NCBI GenBank assembly: GCA_041598875.1
Contig: JBFHXP010000001.1
Coordinates: forward strand, 26,179-90,178
DNA length: 64,000 nt
Reading direction: 5' to 3'
From: Desulfobulbales bacterium
Lineage (GTDB): Bacteria; Desulfobacterota; Desulfobulbia; Desulfobulbales; BM004
This document shows positions 59,030 to 64,000 of the stretch, in pieces. The notes beneath the pieces are model-generated. The model was not told where the DNA came from and made no database searches. It saw nothing but the letters and a program-made list of their open reading frames with translations. Position 1 is the stretch's first letter. The number at the start of each line of letters is the position of its first letter. The position numbers and the translations under genes were made by a program.

Positions 59030-59781
59030 TGATGAAACCGGCCAGCCCAGTGATATCGATAATCATCCCAGCCTATAATGAGGCAGGCCGCCTCGGGCCG
59101 ACCATTGACAGACTCCGGGGCTATCTGGAGGGTCGTGGCGGAAAATTCGAAATAATAGTGGTTGATGACGGCAGCACTGACAACACCGCCCGGCTGGTCA
59201 CTTCCCTGGCCGTGCACACTCCTGGTATCTCCCTGCTCAGCTACTCTCCCAATGCCGGCAAGGGTCATGCCGTGAAAAAAGGGGTGCTCGCGTCCCGGGG
59301 CGATCTGGTTCTTCTCTCCGATGCCGATCTCTCGACCCCGATCGAAGAACTTGAACGCCTGCTTCCCTTTATAGAGCAGGGCTATGATATCGCCATTGGA
59401 TCACGGGGCATGGAGGAGTCGTCAATCATGGTCAGGCAGAGTCTGCTGCGGGAAACTATGGGCAAGACCTTCAACTTCCTTGTCCGCGCCCTTGTTCTTG
59501 GCGGGATAACCGATACCCAGTGCGGCTTTAAACTGTTCAGGGGGGAGGCGGCGCGAAAACTCTTTGCCTTGAGCTCGGTACAGGGCTTCGGCTTTGACGT
59601 TGAAATCCTCTTTCTGGCAGACAAAAAAAACCTTCGCATCGCCGAGGTGCCGGTGCGCTGGGCAAACTCCCCGCACTCACGGGTTTCCCTGCTCAAAGAC
59701 CCGGCGCTGATGCTCCTTGACCTCTGCAGAATCCGAATCAACTGGCTGGCCGACAGATATGGGGCGCGAACCGGCAGGTGA
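59029..59781 (+). CDS. GT2 polyprenol-phosphate glycosyltransferase (dolichyl-phosphate glucose/mannose synthase-like)
   Basis: ISIIIPAYNE, VVDDGSTDNT, SDADLSTP and QCGFKLF motifs. Confidence 0.85.
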   Translation: MMKPASPVISIIIPAYNEAGRLGPTIDRLRGYLEGRGGKFEIIVVDDGSTDNTARLVTSLAVHTPGISLLSYSPNAGKGHAVKKGVLASRGDLVLLSDADLSTPIEELERLLPFIEQGYDIAIGSRGMEESSIMVRQSLLRETMGKTFNFLVRALVLGGITDTQCGFKLFRGEAARKLFALSSVQGFGFDVEILFLADKKNLRIAEVPVRWANSPHSRVSLLKDPALMLLDLCRIRINWLADRYGARTGR

Positions 59782-59846
59782 TGAATCTCTTCTTCCAAGT
59801 AACTTACCCTTAACTTGTTGAAATTGCGTGGTTCAGGTTTTTTAAA

Positions 59847-60035
59847 GAGAATGTCGAATATCGAACAAGGAATTTCGAATCATGAAGTTTATTACGGCCT
59901 GTGGTTGCTTTTTTGTCTTTGTCACGGTCTCGACGTTTCGAATGAAATGAACGGTAGAATCAATCACCGTGCCTCAATAGTGAACTTCCGTCCTCCCTTC
60001 GACATTCATTATTCATGATTCGATATTCGATATTC
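59847..60035. repeat. Palindromic intergenic repeat family 1, copy C (long form, MITE-like)
   Basis: The left end is GAGAATGTCGAATATCGAACAAGGAATTTCGAATCATGAAG. The right end is CTTCGACATTCATTATTCATGATTCGATATTCGATATTC, inverted relative to the left. About 110 nt lie between them. Confidence 0.7.
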
Positions 60036-60097
60036 CCATTTGCCTTTCCCAAGTTATTTTATGATAAACCCCCGCGGCGCGCGGGGTGAAGCGCTGA

Positions 60098-61072
60098 CTA
60101 CTGACCGAAAACAGTGCGCACCAGATAGGCGGTGTAGCCAACGTAACAGGCCAGCAGGGCCATGCCTTCAAAACGGTTGATCCGTCCAGCCCCTCCCCGG
60201 AACCCATAGCCGATGAGAAACAGCGAGAGTGTCAGCGCGGCCATTACCATGATGTCCCGGGAAAAGACCTCCGGCCCCACCGCCAACGGATGAATCACCC
60301 CGGCAATGCCGACCACCGCCAGGGTGTTGAAAAGGTTGGAGCCGAGCACGTTGCCCAGGGCGATGTCATGCTCACCCTTGCGGCTGGCAATGATCGATGA
60401 CGCAAGTTCCGGGAGGGATGTCCCGACCGCCACGATGGTCATGCCGATGATCAGATCGCTCACCCCGAAACCATGGGCGATTTCAACCGCGCCCCAGACC
60501 AGGATCCGGGAACTGGCAATCAGGAGGACCAGGCCGACAACCAGCCGGATAACCGCCTGCCGCAGCCCGAGGGTACTGACTTCCAGCTCCTGTTCCATCT
60601 CACGGCCCAGGGTATCGGCCTTTTTCATCATCCCCTGGCGGATGGTCCACCCCATCAGGACCCCAAAGAGACTGAGCAGGACCAAGGCATCGGCCCGGGA
60701 GATATCATTATCCCAGAGCTGAAAGGCTGCCAGGCCGGTAACCGCGGTCAGAATCGGCAACTCCTTGCGCAACACCTGGGAATGGACGGCAATCGGGCTG
60801 ATCAGGGCGGTTATCCCGAGGATCAGGGCGATATTGGTAATGTTCGAGCCATAGGCATTGCCCAGGGCTATCCCCGGGTTGCCCTGGGACGCGGCAAGGG
60901 CGGAGACCACCATCTCCGGGGCCGATGTGCCGAAGCCGACGATGACCATGCCGATCAGCAGCGGCGGCATCTTGAAATGACGGGCGGTTGCGGCGGATCC
61001 ATCCACAAACCGGTCGGCGCTCCAGACCAGAAGGGCCAGGCCGGAAAGGAGTGCGAGAAAGGGCAGTGTCAT
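60098..61072 (-). CDS. CaCA family Ca2+/Na+ antiporter (YrbG-like)
   Basis: Two alpha-repeat motifs (GTSAPEMVVS and GTSLPELASS) and about 10 TM helices. The start is chosen at MTLPFL to avoid overlapping iorB. Confidence 0.85.
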   Translation of the reverse strand: MTLPFLALLSGLALLVWSADRFVDGSAATARHFKMPPLLIGMVIVGFGTSAPEMVVSALAASQGNPGIALGNAYGSNITNIALILGITALISPIAVHSQVLRKELPILTAVTGLAAFQLWDNDISRADALVLLSLFGVLMGWTIRQGMMKKADTLGREMEQELEVSTLGLRQAVIRLVVGLVLLIASSRILVWGAVEIAHGFGVSDLIIGMTIVAVGTSLPELASSIIASRKGEHDIALGNVLGSNLFNTLAVVGIAGVIHPLAVGPEVFSRDIMVMAALTLSLFLIGYGFRGGAGRINRFEGMALLACYVGYTAYLVRTVFGQ

Positions 61073-61106
61073 GAGGGTCTGTTCTCCTGTCCTGCCCTCT
61101 CCTTCA

Positions 61107-61691
61107 TCACTTCTGCCTGAATCCCGCGTCAAAGGCCTTGAGATTGGTCTCGGCAAAATTGCGGTTGGTCCGGGTGCGGATCGTCTCCCGGATGACTTCC
61201 GGGGAGACCGGCAACAGGTTGGTTGCGGCCAGGGCCCCGAGAATTACCATGTTCACCGCCATGACATTGCCGGCCTCCCGGGCCAGGGCCGCTGCATCAA
61301 AGGCGGTGAGGCTGCCGACCTTATCACCGATCAGTTTCTCCAGCTGCCCGGGGTCGGGATACGCGACCTGGCCCACTGCCGCGGCAAAGGGAGGCAGGGG
61401 GGCGGTGCTGGTTATCACCGTGGTGTTTTTATTGCATTTGCCCATGGCCCTGAGGGTTTCCAGGGGTTCAAAACCGGCAAGGATATCCGCCTCTCCGTTG
61501 GAGATGAGTGAACTGCCGGCATCGCCGAAAACAATTGCCGACTCAACCACTCCGCCGCGCTGGGCCATGCCGTGGATCTCGCTCATCCTGAAGGGACACC
61601 CCGCCACAAGAGCAGCCTCGCCAAGGACCTTGGCGGCCAGGAGGTTCCCCTGGCCACCCACGGCCACGATCATTAATCTGGTCACCTTCAT
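61107..61691 (-). CDS. iorB: Indolepyruvate:ferredoxin oxidoreductase beta subunit
   Basis: 194 aa with IVAVGGQGNLLAAKVLGEAA and HGMAQRGG motifs. It overlaps iorA by 4 nt. Confidence 0.85.
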   Translation of the reverse strand: MKVTRLMIVAVGGQGNLLAAKVLGEAALVAGCPFRMSEIHGMAQRGGVVESAIVFGDAGSSLISNGEADILAGFEPLETLRAMGKCNKNTTVITSTAPLPPFAAAVGQVAYPDPGQLEKLIGDKVGSLTAFDAAALAREAGNVMAVNMVILGALAATNLLPVSPEVIRETIRTRTNRNFAETNLKAFDAGFRQK

Positions 61692-63559
61692 ACATCCCCC
61701 TTTGCGGCTCTCTCTTTAACTGGCAGAATGGCATTTTCCGGACAGACCTGGGCGCACACCGCGCACCCGGTGCATCGGTCAGGATCAATGGCCACCCTCC
61801 CCTCCTTGATATAAAAGGCCGGACAGCCGAGCTTATCAATGCAATCCCGGTGATTTCGGCATCTGTCGCTGACATAAAACGGTTTCATCTGCGGCAGTTT
61901 CAGGCTCTTGCCGTAGAGGGTGCAGATCTCCCGGGCGATAACCACAGACACCCCTTTGTGGGCAAAGGCCTCTTTCAGGGTCTCAATGCTCTTTTTGAGC
62001 TTATAGGGCTGAATCTCCCGGACGCATGCCACTCCCAGGGCCTCCACCACCTCTTTGATATCGATCCGGCCATAGCCGGAAAGCCCCAATTTCTCCATAT
62101 CCACTCCGGGATGGGGCTGGTGGCCGGTCATCGCCGTGGTGCCGTTGTCAAGGATCACCAGGGTGAAATTGTGGTTGTTGAACACCGCGTTGACCAGTCC
62201 GGCCATGGCGGAGTGGAAAAAGGTCGAATCACCGCAGAAGGCGATCACCTTCTTGTCCAGGGTCCGGCTGAATCCAGCGGCAGTGCCGGTGGACGAACCC
62301 ATGCAGATCAGAAAATCCGCCACCCCGAGGGGCGGCAGCATGCCCAGGGTATAGCAGCCGATATCCGTGGGATAGATGACATCGGTCCCTTCCACCGCCT
62401 TTTTCACCGCATGAAAGGTGGCCCGGTGGGAGCAGCCGGCGCACAGGGTGGGAGGCCGGGGCGGCAGGGGGGGAAGATCGGAGAGATCGGGATGGCTCAC
62501 CGCCACGCCCTGAACATCGAAATAGCGGGCGATCTTCTCCCTGACCATGGCCGGATCAAATTCAAACAACCGTGAAAAAAGATCTTTCCCCTTGCCGCGG
62601 ATGGGCAGCATCAACCCCTCTTCCTGGGCCAGGGCCTTGATCGCCTCTTCAAGTACCGGTTCCCCTTCTTCAATGACCAGCACCCGGTCGCAGGCGCGGA
62701 GAAAATCCTTGATCAGCTTTTCCGGCATGGGGTTATAAAAACCGAGGCGAAGAATCCTGGCCCGCCCCTCAAGGTCAAGGTCCCGTACCGCGTCAGAGGC
62801 ATAGTTATAGCTTACCCCGTTGCAGATGATGCCCCAGGAACCGCTGCCCTGGGCAAAGTTGAACGCTGACTGCTCGGCAATACCCATCGCCTTGTCAAGA
62901 TTGGCAAGCAGACGGACGTGGAGCTGGCGGGAGACCGCCGGCACCGTGACATAGCGCATCGGGTTGCGGGTGAAATCCCCCCTGGTCTTTGCCGGGCGGA
63001 TAGCCCCCAGGGAAACAACTGCGGTGGAGTGGTTGATCCGGGTGGTGGTCCGCAGGATGACCGGCTCCTCGAGCTGTTCGGAAAGCTCGAAGGCCTGGAT
63101 GGTCATCTCCCGGGCCTCTTCAATGGTCGATGGCTCGAGCATGGGAAGACCGGCGAGTTTTGCGTAATAGCGGCTGTCCTGCTCGTTCTGGCTGGAGAAC
63201 ATGAACGGGTCGTCGGCCACCAGAATGACCAGGCCGCCCCGAACCCCGACATAGGCCAGGGTCATCAAGGCGTCGGCAGCCACATTCATGCCCACATGCT
63301 TCATCACGCACATCGCCCGCACCCCGGTATTGGCGGCGGCGGCAGCCACCTCGAGCGACACCTTTTCATTGACGCTGTATTCGAAATAGAGATCACTCTC
63401 CCGGGACATCTGAAAAAAATTCAGAGAGATCTCCGAGGAGGGCGTGCCCGGATATGCCGCGGCAACCGCCACCCCGGCCTCTATCGCCCCCCTGGCAATG
63501 GCCTCATTGCCGAGGAGCAGCATCTTTTTCCCTGGTTCATCAGTCAATAATTTATGCAT
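61688..63559 (-). CDS. iorA: Indolepyruvate:ferredoxin oxidoreductase alpha subunit
   Basis: N-terminus LLLGNEAIARGAIEAGV..YPGTPSSEI, a TPP-binding region (GDSTFFHS) and a C-terminal 2x[4Fe-4S] motif (CTGCAVCAQVCP). Confidence 0.92.
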   Translation of the reverse strand: MHKLLTDEPGKKMLLLGNEAIARGAIEAGVAVAAAYPGTPSSEISLNFFQMSRESDLYFEYSVNEKVSLEVAAAAANTGVRAMCVMKHVGMNVAADALMTLAYVGVRGGLVILVADDPFMFSSQNEQDSRYYAKLAGLPMLEPSTIEEAREMTIQAFELSEQLEEPVILRTTTRINHSTAVVSLGAIRPAKTRGDFTRNPMRYVTVPAVSRQLHVRLLANLDKAMGIAEQSAFNFAQGSGSWGIICNGVSYNYASDAVRDLDLEGRARILRLGFYNPMPEKLIKDFLRACDRVLVIEEGEPVLEEAIKALAQEEGLMLPIRGKGKDLFSRLFEFDPAMVREKIARYFDVQGVAVSHPDLSDLPPLPPRPPTLCAGCSHRATFHAVKKAVEGTDVIYPTDIGCYTLGMLPPLGVADFLICMGSSTGTAAGFSRTLDKKVIAFCGDSTFFHSAMAGLVNAVFNNHNFTLVILDNGTTAMTGHQPHPGVDMEKLGLSGYGRIDIKEVVEALGVACVREIQPYKLKKSIETLKEAFAHKGVSVVIAREICTLYGKSLKLPQMKPFYVSDRCRNHRDCIDKLGCPAFYIKEGRVAIDPDRCTGCAVCAQVCPENAILPVKERAAKGDV

Positions 63560-64000
63560 CGGGTCTCCATTCCTTTATGTTGCTCCCGGCTACAAATCCG
63601 GCCAGATCCACTATCCGTCGGCTGTAGCCATATTCGTTGTCGTGCCAGACGACAAGCTTGATCATACCGTCGCAAACCGTGGAAAACTCCGCATCGACAA
63701 TCGATGAGTGGCTCCGCCCCCGGAAGTCGCAACTCACCAGGGGCTCATCACTGACCGCGAGAATGTTTTCCATGGCGCCCCGCGAGGCGTGCTCAAGAAC
63801 ATCCAGCACAGACTCACGGGTGGCGGTTCTCCGCGCCTTGATCACCAGATCGGCCATATGGACCAGGGGCGAGGGCACCCGCAGGGCAAGGCCGTCAATC
63901 CTGCCGGCCAGAGCCGGAAAGATTGAAGCGAGATGGGTGATGGCGCTGGTGGCGACCGGGATGATACTCCGGGTCGCCGACCTGGCCTGGCGCAGATCAC
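63552..64000 (-). CDS. gap: Glyceraldehyde-3-phosphate dehydrogenase, 3' part (5' end outside the window)
   Basis: The C-terminal catalytic-domain sequence LRVPSPLVHMADLV...KLVVWHDNEYGYSRRIVDL aligns with GapA (..KLVSWYDNETGYSNKVLDL). The ORF is open to the window edge. Confidence 0.8.
   Translation of the reverse strand, partial: DLRQARSATRSIIPVATSAITHLASIFPALAGRIDGLALRVPSPLVHMADLVIKARRTATRESVLDVLEHASRGAMENILAVSDEPLVSCDFRGRSHSSIVDAEFSTVCDGMIKLVVWHDNEYGYSRRIVDLAGFVAGSNIKEWRPDA

Noticed and set aside
59815-60018. 67-aa ORF (MLKLRGSGFLKRMSNIEQGISNHEV...) between the GT2 gene and the CaCA gene
   Set aside because: It lies entirely within the family-1 repeat copy C and has no RBS. Its sequence is dictated by the palindromic repeat, so it is very likely non-coding.

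Overview
High-GC (roughly 55-60% by eye) bacterial chromosomal window. Gene content resembles an anaerobic, sigma54-rich Desulfobacterota-type organism (IorAB, NapH-like polyferredoxin, many bEBP/two-component genes, Mrp). This taxonomic guess is inference only. I support about 65 CDS. I found no rRNA, tRNA, CRISPR array, transposase or integrase.

Layout:
- 1-2.8 kb: start of an N-type ATPase-like operon (atpD-atpC-small basic protein) behind an RpoH-like sigma factor.
- 2.9-4.4 kb: two membrane proteins.
- 4.6-12.3 kb: a 10-gene Mrp/Mbh-like cation-translocating membrane module with three MrpD/NuoL-like paralogs and no catalytic module.
- 12.4-20.5 kb: co-directional Cys/His-rich orphan protein, DASS/SLC13 permease, CBS protein, three stand-alone receivers and a 95-aa protein. 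All lie behind a near-consensus sigma54 promoter, next to a PAS-HK/NtrC pair. A ~23-aa peptide motif (..TFAEAGE.D.ARE..) recurs four times in three adjacent genes.
- 20.7-35.4 kb: further signalling-rich operons. These include an HTH-REC protein, two paralogous Cache kinases, a degenerate kinase, a PAS-bEBP, a PpsA-like enzyme with an unknown C-terminal domain coupled to a receiver, a large TSUP permease, and an MTH1187/CXXC-peptide/polyferredoxin/SH3 operon.
- 36-43.5 kb and 50-55.4 kb: housekeeping genes (nadB, pgeF, rsmB, uvrA, secB, lepB, pyrB, pyrC, nagZ, queC).
- 43.7-50 kb: pilMNOP plus a split PilQ (AMIN-N0-TPR protein plus lipoprotein secretin).
- 55.8-59.8 kb: a TIGR03663-type GT-C cluster.
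- 60-64 kb: CaCA antiporter, iorBA, and the 3' part of gap.

Intergenic DNA carries at least three short palindromic repeat families, including an exact 27-mer upstream of both nadB and pyrC, and an sfsA pseudogene remnant.

The best candidate for an undescribed system is the sigma54-driven receiver-array / FAEAGE-motif / CBS / DASS / Cys-His protein / Mrp-like supra-operon (4.6-20.5 kb). Its function is inferred, not demonstrated.
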